A DNA stretch of 64,000 bases from the IMG/VR virus record IMGVR_UViG_3300025129_000005; one strand, given 5' to 3'. The notes below the pieces were generated by a model, which was not told the DNA's origin, did not search any database, and saw only the letters and a program-made list of their open reading frames with translations. Shown here piece by piece: positions 1 to 8,263 of this stretch. The DNA is from a virus. Lineage: Duplodnaviria > Caudoviricetes. The translations under genes and the position numbers were made by a program. Positions within the stretch are counted from its first letter, which is position 1. Each line of letters begins with the position of its first letter.

Positions 1-290
1 ACAACTTTGTATTATCTGCATCAGAAGAGACGTATAAGGAAATCTTGGACGGATTATATAAAGGCGAATTGGATAAGATAAGGGCTATTCTAAAATCCAA
101 TCCTATTGACTATACAAGTCTTTATATGTTTATATGTGATATATTATTTAATGATGATGAGAAGTTTAAAAACGCAGGTGTGGCGATAGAATTGGTTGGT
201 GAACATGACTATCGCGATAATATGGTAGCTAACAGGGAGATAAACTTTATAAGTATGTGTGTGAAAATGATGAGAGGTGGTGCGGTATGA
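1..290 (+). CDS. Clamp loader large subunit (T4 gp44/RFC-like), C-terminal part; starts before the window
   Basis: C-terminus 'GEHDYRDNMVANREINFISMC' resembles the gp44/RFC collar end; lies upstream of gp62-like and gp45-like ORFs. Confidence 0.6.
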   Translation, partial: NFVLSASEETYKEILDGLYKGELDKIRAILKSNPIDYTSLYMFICDILFNDDEKFKNAGVAIELVGEHDYRDNMVANREINFISMCVKMMRGGAV

Positions 291-481
291 AATCAAAAAA
301 GAGGTATGACAATCAAAAGAAAAAGAACTTTGAAGTGACTCCTGATATCTTAAAAAAGCTACAAGATTCTTTGAATGATAACATAAAACCAGATTTCAAG
401 GAGAAAACTGATGATAAAAAGAAAGTCCCCAACAAAAAAAGGAAACCATCTAACAGAGGTGTTGAACGCAATAAACACTAA
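287..481 (+). CDS. Small basic hypothetical protein
   Basis: ATG overlaps upstream stop; Lys-rich ORF. Confidence 0.35.
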   Translation: MKSKKRYDNQKKKNFEVTPDILKKLQDSLNDNIKPDFKEKTDDKKKVPNKKRKPSNRGVERNKH

Positions 482-770
482 AACCCCTTGTAATTATAAT
501 CCGAAAGAGGTTAGTGCATGGGTTATCTCATTGTTTCTGTCAGAAGATCCAGAACTTATTGAAATTGTTAATAAAATAAATCAATATCATTTTTCCCTTG
601 ACGATAAACTAATATTCCGGTATTATGTATCAAAGATTCCAAAAAAGAAGAGATTTATTAAATTTACAAAAAAATCCAAGGAATCAAAAGATAATGAGAA
701 AGTTAAATCTCTCATGGAAACTTACGGAGTCTCAAAAAGAGAAGCACTTCTTTCAATAGGGAAAGGGTAG
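411..770 (+). CDS. Clamp loader small subunit (T4 gp62-like); true start probably downstream of 411
   Basis: 'IPKKKRFIKFTKK...VKSLMETYGVSKREAL' typical of gp62-like proteins; synteny. Confidence 0.65.
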   Translation: MIKRKSPTKKGNHLTEVLNAINTKTPCNYNPKEVSAWVISLFLSEDPELIEIVNKINQYHFSLDDKLIFRYYVSKIPKKKRFIKFTKKSKESKDNEKVKSLMETYGVSKREALLSIGKG

Positions 771-774
771 AACT

Positions 775-1104
775 ATGTCAGAAAAAAAGAGTGATGTTGT
801 TATGAGTCAAGGGGTTGATGTATCAGAAGAAGAACTTATGTCGAAGATTAATCGAACATCGAGTAAGCTTAAGAAAGTTTTGTATTTAGAAGAGTTTATG
901 AGTGCTTTTTTGGCGTGTGCATTTGGTCTTAATGTAGCATGTTTTATGTTCAATCCCATAGGGTTAAGTATTATTAATATACTGTTGGCAATATGGTTCT
1001 TGTCTCATTTCAAAACAACAGTTTTACGACAAGAAAAATACCACTTACATCTGAAACTTCTTGAAAATTTTAAGGAGAATAAAGTTTGGATTGAGTGCGA
1101 TTAA
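775..1104 (+). CDS. Hypothetical membrane protein
   Basis: Two hydrophobic segments. Confidence 0.55.
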   Translation: MSEKKSDVVMSQGVDVSEEELMSKINRTSSKLKKVLYLEEFMSAFLACAFGLNVACFMFNPIGLSIINILLAIWFLSHFKTTVLRQEKYHLHLKLLENFKENKVWIECD

Positions 1105-1122
1105 AAATAAAGGGATATATAT

Positions 1123-1860
1123 ATGAATATTAATGTAAATAATTTACAAGAATTGATCAAAAAAGCGACATTGAACTATGTGATTCCCTCTGTTCACTTG
1201 AACATTCAAAGAGATAGAGTGATATCAAAAATGAGAAGTCAGGGGAACTCTGTTGTTATTTCATTGGATCTTCCTAATGATGTAGTTACGGAATTGCCAG
1301 ATGAAGTGGATTTATATTTTGATGAGCCAAATGTAAATGTTAAACCATACTTGAACCTGATTGATAATGATGTTGTTGATCTAAGTGTTAATACTGCAGG
1401 GATTGTACTAAAAGCTGGTAGACATAAAACAGACCTGTTTTTTTGTATGCCAAGCACTGTTACAACGTTCACCGGAAATACTCCAAACATTCAGCCATTC
1501 TATGAATTAGAATTGACCAATGAACTCAAAAGTAATTTTGATAAAATTCGTAAAATTGCTGGTAAATTTGAAGTTGTCTACTTTACAGTTTGTGATAATA
1601 AGTTTATAATTGAAACAACTGACAGATCTAACAGATTTATGAATGGGATTAGTTTTGAACTTGCAACCATTAATGTTTCTAATTGTGATATTTGTTTGGA
1701 TTATAAGAATTTTAATGCTCTTTTGCAGGTTATTGATGATAATTTTACGAATTTTAAGGTAAAATTTGTATGGATGGATTCACAAGAATCTGGTATGGTA
1801 TCATTTGAAAGAAACGATGGCAGAGAAAATTACTATCTTTTACAGAAATCAGAAGATTGA
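1123..1860 (+). CDS. Sliding clamp (T4 gp45/PCNA-like)
   Basis: 245 aa, clamp-like alternating beta/alpha pattern, next to clamp loader genes. Confidence 0.6.
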   Translation: MNINVNNLQELIKKATLNYVIPSVHLNIQRDRVISKMRSQGNSVVISLDLPNDVVTELPDEVDLYFDEPNVNVKPYLNLIDNDVVDLSVNTAGIVLKAGRHKTDLFFCMPSTVTTFTGNTPNIQPFYELELTNELKSNFDKIRKIAGKFEVVYFTVCDNKFIIETTDRSNRFMNGISFELATINVSNCDICLDYKNFNALLQVIDDNFTNFKVKFVWMDSQESGMVSFERNDGRENYYLLQKSED

Positions 1861-1882
1861 TATCGAGATTGAAAGGAAAAGT

Positions 1883-2395
1883 ATGAACATATTCAAATGG
1901 GTACATGAAAGGATTGATAATTGGCTCCATAAAGAGGAAAGTGAAATCATTTTTGGTGTCAAAAAAATTCAGGATTCAAATCTTGATCTACAAAGTAAAC
2001 AAGAGAAAGAATTTCAAGATGCCCTTAAAGCTGAAATTGAATTGATTTCAAAAGAAGATCACAGTGTGATTCCAACCAAGGGTGATATTGATCGTTACTA
2101 CGCATATCATGTAAATTTTGTAACAAACATCAAGAAACTCGAAAAATATTTTAATATAAATATTCCAACCGAAATCCCATTGGATATAGTTGAATTTGAT
2201 GATTATTACAAAAAATCGGTCACAGAAGGATGGGAATACCTTCGTAAATCGTGTGGTCTTCCGTTAACGAATCCGTTGGGTCATGGCTTATGGAATGCAT
2301 CGAAAAAAGAAAACGTTTGGACGGTTGATGATACCGAACAAAAATGGACAACAGAGTCTAGCAATAAATCAACTTACCATAAACGTGGAATGTGA
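1883..2395 (+). CDS. Hypothetical protein
   Basis: ATG 1883 preceded by GAAAGGA. Confidence 0.6.
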   Translation: MNIFKWVHERIDNWLHKEESEIIFGVKKIQDSNLDLQSKQEKEFQDALKAEIELISKEDHSVIPTKGDIDRYYAYHVNFVTNIKKLEKYFNINIPTEIPLDIVEFDDYYKKSVTEGWEYLRKSCGLPLTNPLGHGLWNASKKENVWTVDDTEQKWTTESSNKSTYHKRGM

Positions 2396-2403
2396 AAAAA
2401 GTG

Positions 2404-2432
2404 TTGACATACCGAGGACGAGTTGATAATAT
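2404..2432 (+). promoter_or_regulatory. Sigma70-like promoter of the Ubl gene
   Basis: TTGACA(2404)-17 bp-TAATAT(2427). Confidence 0.6.
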
Positions 2433-2509
2433 GTTCCTGTCTTAAGCGAAACAATAATTTTTATCCTCATGGTGAGGAAATTCACACTTCTCTTGAAAGG
2501 AGATTTAAT

Positions 2510-2728
2510 ATGACTGAAAGTACTACTCTTACCATTAATGGTTCCACCAACACTATCGAAGCCGGTTCTTCTTTTCGCGATACTGTTGTTAACGCTGCAC
2601 GTAACGCAGGTCTTGGCAAGTTCCGGGTTATTCTGAACGGTTCTGAAATTGATCCTGCAGATGCACCAGAATCCCTTAACCCCAGCATGTCTCTGGAAAT
2701 TCGCCCTTATGAAGTGGCTGGTGCTTAA
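2510..2728 (+). CDS. Ubiquitin-like (beta-grasp, ThiS/MoaD-like) modifier, 72 aa, ending ...EVAGA
   Basis: SD GAAAGGAG then ATG 2510; 'LTING...FRVILNGSEI...SLEIRPYEVAG-A' follows the ThiS/Ubl pattern; upstream of E2/E1/JAB. Confidence 0.8.
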   Translation: MTESTTLTINGSTNTIEAGSSFRDTVVNAARNAGLGKFRVILNGSEIDPADAPESLNPSMSLEIRPYEVAGA

Positions 2729-2748
2729 CCGAGTATAACCATTTAATC

Positions 2749-2780
2749 GAGTTGGGTCAATCAAGACCCAACTCTTCTTT
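2749..2780 (+). terminator. Intrinsic terminator after Ubl
   Basis: Perfect 10-bp stem GAGTTGGGTC/GACCCAACTC then TTCTTT. Confidence 0.75.
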
Positions 2781-2799
2781 ATAATTTTAAACTTTACTG

Positions 2800-2828
2800 T
2801 TGACAATCCCAATCATTAAATATAAGAT
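2800..2828 (+). promoter_or_regulatory. Sigma70-like promoter of the E2-like gene
   Basis: TTGACA(2800)-17 bp-TAAGAT(2823). Confidence 0.55.
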
Positions 2829-2863
2829 GTTCATATCGGTTTGATTTACAGAAAGGAATTAAA

Positions 2864-3769
2864 ATGGCAGTGTGGGATGTGAATATCGCTGAATCGATTA
2901 AAAGTGACATAGATTCAGTATTGGATGATATCAATATTGATAATATTAAATCCGAGGGTATGACCGTTCGTATCGGTGGTAGACTTGTTAAATTAGAATT
3001 CACCGAAGAAACTTCTCTCCCGGAAGATGAAATTAGGGCTGAATATTCAGCAAAACTTACTGAAAAACTTCAAGCCATAAAAAATGTTGTTAATAAAAAG
3101 ATCTCTGAAATGTCTTATATGGTTGAACAGAATCGTATTGATTTTGAGGAAAAAGAGCGAAATCTTCAAGTACGCTTGTCTAGTGCAAACTTGATGCCGG
3201 ATATCACGTATGAACAAGCAAAAGCCGGACTGTCCGTGGTCAAGGGTCACCCAAGTTACAGAGAAAATGATGTTTTAACTTGGTTATATCAAGGTGTTTA
3301 TTGGCCAAAATTTGTTGATGGTGAGCCGATTGATCCGAAATATGCAAAACGTCTCGTTTCTCCGGTAACACTGGTAATTGTTACTGTTAAAGATAAAGTT
3401 CGTTCTGTAACGGTTTGTAAAACAATCGGTCTTTCCAAATTTAAACATTATCATTCAATGGGTAATAGTTCGGATTGTTGGGGTCAATGGAAAATCCCGT
3501 CAAATTGGTCTGAACCTAAAGATATTCTATCTATTGCCCGCCATGCTATGGGGGTTCTGGAAAACGTTAATACTCAGTCTCCGGGTAATCGTAACCCGGA
3601 TGGTCTTCCCCGACTGAATACTTTGTCACAACACGTTCTTAGGGGTGAAGCAGCTGTTAACGTTGAATATGTGACTTCACAATCCGATGATAGGGCTGGT
3701 ATTGATCGTAACACTGACAGGGGTGATCAAGGAACTCGCGGTTCGGTAGGTCAAGTCTGGTCAACATAA
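2864..3769 (+). CDS. E2/UBC-like conjugating enzyme with N-terminal coiled coil
   Basis: 'FKHYHSMGNSSDCWG' resembles the E2 HPN...C active site; 'VLENVNTQSPGN' resembles the UBC C-terminal LLxxPNxxSPAN motif; between Ubl and E1. Confidence 0.65.
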   Translation: MAVWDVNIAESIKSDIDSVLDDINIDNIKSEGMTVRIGGRLVKLEFTEETSLPEDEIRAEYSAKLTEKLQAIKNVVNKKISEMSYMVEQNRIDFEEKERNLQVRLSSANLMPDITYEQAKAGLSVVKGHPSYRENDVLTWLYQGVYWPKFVDGEPIDPKYAKRLVSPVTLVIVTVKDKVRSVTVCKTIGLSKFKHYHSMGNSSDCWGQWKIPSNWSEPKDILSIARHAMGVLENVNTQSPGNRNPDGLPRLNTLSQHVLRGEAAVNVEYVTSQSDDRAGIDRNTDRGDQGTRGSVGQVWST

Positions 3770-3777
3770 TTTCAAAA

Positions 3778-3805
3778 AAAAGAGGGTTTGAAAAGACCCT
3801 CTTTT
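3778..3805 (+). terminator. Intrinsic terminator after E2-like gene
   Basis: AAAAGAGGGT / ACCCTCTTTT inverted repeat. Confidence 0.65.
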
Positions 3806-3842
3806 AATTTCAGAACCTCTCCGATGGATGGTCAAAAAGTGA

Positions 3843-3871
3843 TTGACATATAAAAATTTGTGTGGTAGTTT
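3843..3871 (+). promoter_or_regulatory. Sigma70-like promoter of E1-JAB
   Basis: TTGACA(3843)-17 bp-TGG.TAGTTT, extended -10. Confidence 0.55.
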
Positions 3872-3907
3872 AGCATTATCTTTGGGCATAAAAGAAAGGA
3901 ATTTATT

Positions 3908-4498
3908 ATGAGTTTTTATGATCGGCAGGATTTGATTGATGGTATTAATAACAAAATTAAAGTTTGTGTAATCGGGGCTGGCGGTATCGGTTTTCATGTC
4001 GCTAAAGGTCTTGCAATGTCAGGTGTCGAAACAATTTATGTTTTTGATCCTGATACCATCGAAGAATCAAACCTTAACCGTCTTGATGTAACAGTTGATG
4101 TTATTGGGAAAAATAAAGCTGATGTGGTCAAGCAGGTGGTAAAATCTCTTCGTCCGAACTGTATGGTCAAATCGTTTCCGTTTCCACTGAAAGATCATAC
4201 CTATCCTAAAGGTGTTGACTGGATTGTTGACTGTACTGATAATCATAAAAGTCAGTTAGAAAACCAACGTATGGCTCAAGAAAATGAAGCACGGTATCTT
4301 AAAGTGGGGTATGACGGGACCAGGATGTCGATCAATGATCGAGTCGCAACATGGGATTCAGGAGAAACCCAAGATGGGTATCGTATAACCCCGAGTTGGG
4401 CACCACCAGCTATCATCGTTGCGTATCTGGGTGTGGCCAAAATCCTCAAATATCACAATGGCGAAATGGGTTGCGATTTATCAGAAATATATCGATAA
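3908..4498 (+). CDS. ThiF/MoeB/E1-family adenylyltransferase (minimal E1)
   Basis: 'VIGAGGIG', 'DPDTIEESNLNR', 'GKNKAD', 'VDCTDN'. Confidence 0.92.
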   Translation: MSFYDRQDLIDGINNKIKVCVIGAGGIGFHVAKGLAMSGVETIYVFDPDTIEESNLNRLDVTVDVIGKNKADVVKQVVKSLRPNCMVKSFPFPLKDHTYPKGVDWIVDCTDNHKSQLENQRMAQENEARYLKVGYDGTRMSINDRVATWDSGETQDGYRITPSWAPPAIIVAYLGVAKILKYHNGEMGCDLSEIYR

Positions 4499-4514
4499 TA
4501 AATTGTGAGGTATT

Positions 4515-5603
4515 ATGGGGAAGAAAAGAAAATTAAAAAAAAAACTAAAAAAGCATAAGAAGGGATTTTATATGTTTGGTATTAAAGAAAATAAAGCACT
4601 TGAACTTATTTCAGATAAAGACTTTGATGATCTGATCAAACTCCATGATAAGGGCGGGGCATTTAACGTAAAAGAATCTAAATTCAATTGTTGGGATTCG
4701 GGTATTAAGATCATCAAAACTTGCGGTCATATAAATGTGTCTAAGTATCACATCGAATTTCACCTTCTTGCACATAAAAAAATTGAAAAATTAAAGAAAG
4801 TTTATCCTAATTTGGAATGGTTGGCGTACTTGGTTGGATCTGTTGACCACGATAATCATAAAGTATCTGTTACTGACTTGGTTATTCCTGATTCTCAAAA
4901 GGTTACCGGCACTAGCGTTTATAACGTTGAATATAATTGGGAATCCTTGGCTGATAATAAAGTTATAATTGGTGTTATCCATAGTCATAATACCATGGGA
5001 GCATTCTTCTCAGGGACAGATGATGCTTATATCAACCAAAATCATGACGTATCAATTGTGGTCTCTACTGCTGCAGGTCGTGAAATCAAAGCGCAAGTCA
5101 GGGTTAAAACTCTTTGTAATTCTTACATTCTTGCCGAAAACATTGAGTTTTCAGTAAAATACCCCCAACTTTTTGATGAAAGTGAATTTGAGTCCGAACT
5201 TTCAGAGAAAATAATTTCTCATTCTTCAATTAGTAGCTGTAGAGGTATTATAGGTCGAAGCTTTTTGAATAATTTCACTGGTTATGATACCGAAAACAAT
5301 GATTTTCTTGATCTTGAAGAACTTGAATATGAATATCCCGAAAAAATGACCAAACTAGATATTCGTGATGAACTTCTTTTCTATTATGAAGAAGAAGATG
5401 TTGATGAGATGATTAGAGATGGATCAGCTGTCAATGAACTTAAAATTATTCGTAAAAAAGTAAAAGAGAATTCGGATAAAGGCTTTTTGGATCAAGAGGA
5501 TGGCTGGTCTTCGGTAGACTTTGAAGAAGAATTTGAAGAAGACGAGGATGAGGACGAAGATTACGAATTTGATGATAAATTTGATTATTTTAAGTTGTTG
5601 TAG
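4515..5603 (+). CDS. JAB/JAMM/MPN metalloisopeptidase with acidic C-terminal tail
   Basis: 'EWLAYL' Glu plus 'HSHNTMGAFFSGTDD', matching HxHx7SxxD. Confidence 0.9.
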   Translation: MGKKRKLKKKLKKHKKGFYMFGIKENKALELISDKDFDDLIKLHDKGGAFNVKESKFNCWDSGIKIIKTCGHINVSKYHIEFHLLAHKKIEKLKKVYPNLEWLAYLVGSVDHDNHKVSVTDLVIPDSQKVTGTSVYNVEYNWESLADNKVIIGVIHSHNTMGAFFSGTDDAYINQNHDVSIVVSTAAGREIKAQVRVKTLCNSYILAENIEFSVKYPQLFDESEFESELSEKIISHSSISSCRGIIGRSFLNNFTGYDTENNDFLDLEELEYEYPEKMTKLDIRDELLFYYEEEDVDEMIRDGSAVNELKIIRKKVKENSDKGFLDQEDGWSSVDFEEEFEEDEDEDEDYEFDDKFDYFKLL

Positions 5604-5652
5604 ATGATTTCATAGATAAGACTCAAGAATATAAAAATCCTCCGATGTAATT

Positions 5653-5686
5653 GGAGTATTAACTTAAAGGTTAGTACTCCTTTTTT
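5653..5686 (+). terminator. Intrinsic terminator ending the Ubl cassette
   Basis: GGAGTATTAAC / GTTAGTACTCC then T6. Confidence 0.75.
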
Positions 5687-5687
5687 A

Positions 5688-5695
5688 TATAAATA
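5688..5695 (+). promoter_or_regulatory. T4-type late promoter upstream of lysis genes
   Basis: TATAAATA. Confidence 0.55.
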
Positions 5696-5719
5696 TATAT
5701 ATGCTTAATGGAGGTTACT

Positions 5720-6022
5720 ATGAGTGTCATTAAAAAAATATGGGAGTTCTTCATTCCTTTACTATCCGAGAGAAATGATAAAGGTGAATATAAACGAGCA
5801 TCTTTAGGTAGAATCTCGTTCTGGATCGTGTTTGGTATAGCAATTTGGATCTGGATAGCAGGAACGGGTGATATTCAAGCATCACATTTACAAATGCTTT
5901 ACATTACAGCTACCTATAATCTCATGAAAAAAGCATCATGGTTTAATAGGTCAGATCTTTCTGCGGGACCAGATGCAAAAAATTATAGTGATCCTTATAA
6001 TGATAGATCTCCAAGAATCTAA
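5720..6022 (+). CDS. Putative holin
   Basis: GGAGG SD; two hydrophobic segments; precedes spanins. Confidence 0.5.
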   Translation: MSVIKKIWEFFIPLLSERNDKGEYKRASLGRISFWIVFGIAIWIWIAGTGDIQASHLQMLYITATYNLMKKASWFNRSDLSAGPDAKNYSDPYNDRSPRI

Positions 6023-6031
6023 GGAGTTAAT

Positions 6032-6457
6032 ATGTGGACAACAATACTGACTATAATTAAAAGACCAACAGTGGTCGCCATAATTGTGTTGCTTTTGTTA
6101 TGCGGAACATTATACATTAATAACGCTAGACAGGATGTTAAAATTGCGGAATTGGGCACTAAAATCGCAAAAATAGAATTAAATTATTCTACTTGTAAAA
6201 CCAGTAAATCTACACTACAAGAAGCTATCAACGTTTGTAATGGTCAGTCTGATGCTTGGGTTGCAAGTAATGATGCTCTAAGAGAACAGATAACCAAATG
6301 TTACGATGAAGTTGCTTATTGGCAAAATTTATATGATAACAAAATCTGTTTCACTAATGAAGACGAAACCCCTGTTGTCCCCTCTCAGGGTAAGGTGGTC
6401 AATGATGTTAAAAGTTCCGAAGCTGTTCATCGTATTAACATTATTTTTGGGGATTAA
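6032..6457 (+). CDS. Inner-membrane spanin (Rz-like)
   Basis: N-terminal TM plus coiled coil; overlapped by a lipoprotein ORF. Confidence 0.65.
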   Translation: MWTTILTIIKRPTVVAIIVLLLLCGTLYINNARQDVKIAELGTKIAKIELNYSTCKTSKSTLQEAINVCNGQSDAWVASNDALREQITKCYDEVAYWQNLYDNKICFTNEDETPVVPSQGKVVNDVKSSEAVHRINIIFGD

Positions 6458-6713
6458 TGGATGTGGTTGGTTTTCCAAACCTGAACCTGAAATTGTTACA
6501 AAAATATCATATATTTACGTATATAATAAATGTCCTATACCAAAAGTACCAGAATATACAAAGCTTGATAATTCTAGTCATATAGGAAGTGCTTTTAATA
6601 TAAATATTCTTGTAGGAAATGTAGAAAAAATGAAATCCTATAATAAAAGTTTGTTGGGGTCATTGGAGTGTTATGACAAACAAACCAAGGAGATAAATAA
6701 TGATAGACATTGA
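6402..6713 (+). CDS. Outer-membrane spanin lipoprotein (Rz1-like)
   Basis: Signal peptide with lipobox 'LGINGC', then Pro-rich 'CPIPKVP'; overlaps i-spanin 3' end. Confidence 0.65.
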   Translation: MMLKVPKLFIVLTLFLGINGCGWFSKPEPEIVTKISYIYVYNKCPIPKVPEYTKLDNSSHIGSAFNINILVGNVEKMKSYNKSLLGSLECYDKQTKEINNDRH

Positions 6714-6958
6714 TTTATTAGTTGAAAGATATATAATAGATGCTAATATTTATTCGGGGAATAAAACTCCGATGTCCAGAGTAGAAGCTTTGAGTGAGTA
6801 GATTGGAAAAATCAAAAGACAAAGATGAAATGGGGTTTCTTGTCAGAGTTGCTAGTTTTGCCGGTGCGACTCGACATGAACTAGAAGATGCTCTTAATGG
6901 TAGAAAATATAATTTCTATACAGCAGATATCAACAAAGAAAAGCGATGGAGATGGTGA
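6700..6958 (+). pseudogene. Small ORF disrupted by a 4-bp duplication (GAGT GAGT, 6792-6799)
   Basis: Removing one GAGT restores one frame from ATG 6700 to TGA 6958. Confidence 0.45.
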
Positions 6959-7173
6959 TGAATAACATATTAGATCGAATTAATGATAAACTGGATGAGA
7001 TGGCAAAAGGAGATTTTGCTGGATGGGTTGCTATGTATGGTGGTAAGCGCATTGAAATTACCAAAGATCAAGCAACAGATTTATATGGAGCAAAACAGCT
7101 TGCTATCAAACAGTTAAAAGTTCCCAAATCAAAACAAGGTCTTTTAGCTATAAAGCTGGGTTATGAAGAATAA
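6958..7173 (+). CDS. Small hypothetical protein
   Basis: TGATG coupling; ORF track. Confidence 0.55.
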   Translation: MNNILDRINDKLDEMAKGDFAGWVAMYGGKRIEITKDQATDLYGAKQLAIKQLKVPKSKQGLLAIKLGYEE

Positions 7174-7559
7174 TGAGATTTGAACGATACATAAACGAAG
7201 GTGATGGTGATTTTGACTTAAATAAACGTATCGTTTTTTCATGGAAAGGTCATAAGGTAGTTAATACCGAGCATGGTAAGCAACGCATCAAACAACGTAG
7301 TGATATTACGGACTTTCAAATGTTGACAATGTTCAAAAATGCTATTAAGAAGATTGAAAGTAAATCCGTAAAGATAGGGGAAAAAATTGTTTTTTGGTCT
7401 AAAACATTAGGACAAGCTTTTATAGCAAAGATAGATGATGTTAAGGATTTGATATTACTTACGTTCTTTCCGAGACACAAGAAACCGAGTGGAGTAAATG
7501 ATCCATATCAACGAGAAGTTGTTATAGAAGGCGAACATTTAAGAATAGTGGAGATATGA
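7173..7559 (+). CDS. Leader-bearing protein, possible RelE/ParE-like RNase fold
   Basis: MRFERYINE leader; 'TEHGKQRIKQR' resembles the H-x-x-x-R-x-x-x-R motif of DUF4258/RelE-like toxins. Confidence 0.45.
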   Translation: MRFERYINEGDGDFDLNKRIVFSWKGHKVVNTEHGKQRIKQRSDITDFQMLTMFKNAIKKIESKSVKIGEKIVFWSKTLGQAFIAKIDDVKDLILLTFFPRHKKPSGVNDPYQREVVIEGEHLRIVEI

Positions 7560-7564
7560 AATTA

Positions 7565-8263
7565 ATGAGGCTTGAGCAGTATATAACCGAAAGCATTAAC
7601 GATAAGGGTATTTTCAAGGCCATATTCATGGCAGGTTCGCCGGGATCAGGAAAGTCGTTTGTAAGAAAAAAATTGTCAGGTGGGTATGAACCCAGAGTCG
7701 TAAATACCGATAAATTCACAGAATTCTTCGGGGGGTGGAATGGTTTTAGTGAGAAGATAAAACTTCTTAATAATAATCAATTATTGTTATATTTAAATTC
7801 TATGTTACCTCTTTGGATTGACGGAACTTCTGGTAATAGAAACAATCTCATGACAAGAGAAGGTCTTTTGTCAGGGATGGGATACGATACTGGTATGATA
7901 TGGGTCAATACTGACCTTGACGAAGCAGTTAAGAGGGCACAGGAGCGCGAAGCCCATGGCGGTAGACATGTTGATATCCCTTGGTTAAAAGAAACTTACG
8001 AAAAAATTCAGAAGATGAAATCATTCTATATGACTCGTTTTCAATGGTTCTTAGAGGTTGACAATAATACTGGACAATTAACTGATGAAGTGGTACAAAA
8101 TCTATACTCAAAAACACTTCCATTTTTTGGGGGACCAGTGAAAAACCCACATGGGCAAGAAATTATAAATACTTTAAAAGAGATGGGTGGAAAATACCTT
8201 ACGGATATGGAAGAATATGATATGAAGTTTATTCAAAATAGAACAAAAGCGTGGTTTACGTGA
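7565..8263 (+). CDS. P-loop kinase (zeta-toxin/AAA_33-like) with leader
   Basis: 'MAGSPGSGKS', 'VNTD', 'IDGT', 'AVKRAQER'; MRLEQYITE leader. Confidence 0.75.
   Translation: MRLEQYITESINDKGIFKAIFMAGSPGSGKSFVRKKLSGGYEPRVVNTDKFTEFFGGWNGFSEKIKLLNNNQLLLYLNSMLPLWIDGTSGNRNNLMTREGLLSGMGYDTGMIWVNTDLDEAVKRAQEREAHGGRHVDIPWLKETYEKIQKMKSFYMTRFQWFLEVDNNTGQLTDEVVQNLYSKTLPFFGGPVKNPHGQEIINTLKEMGGKYLTDMEEYDMKFIQNRTKAWFT

Noticed and set aside
2423-2509. Longer 101-aa ORF start for the Ubl
   Set aside because: This TTG start overlaps the promoter; a strong SD (GAAAGGAG) precedes ATG 2510.
2510-4498. ThiS/ThiF sulfur-carrier pair for thiamine, Moco or tRNA thiolation
   Set aside because: The Ubl lacks a terminal GG, an E2-like gene sits between Ubl and E1, a JAB follows, and no thiG/moaE/cysteine-synthase partner is adjacent. 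Not fully excluded without experiments.
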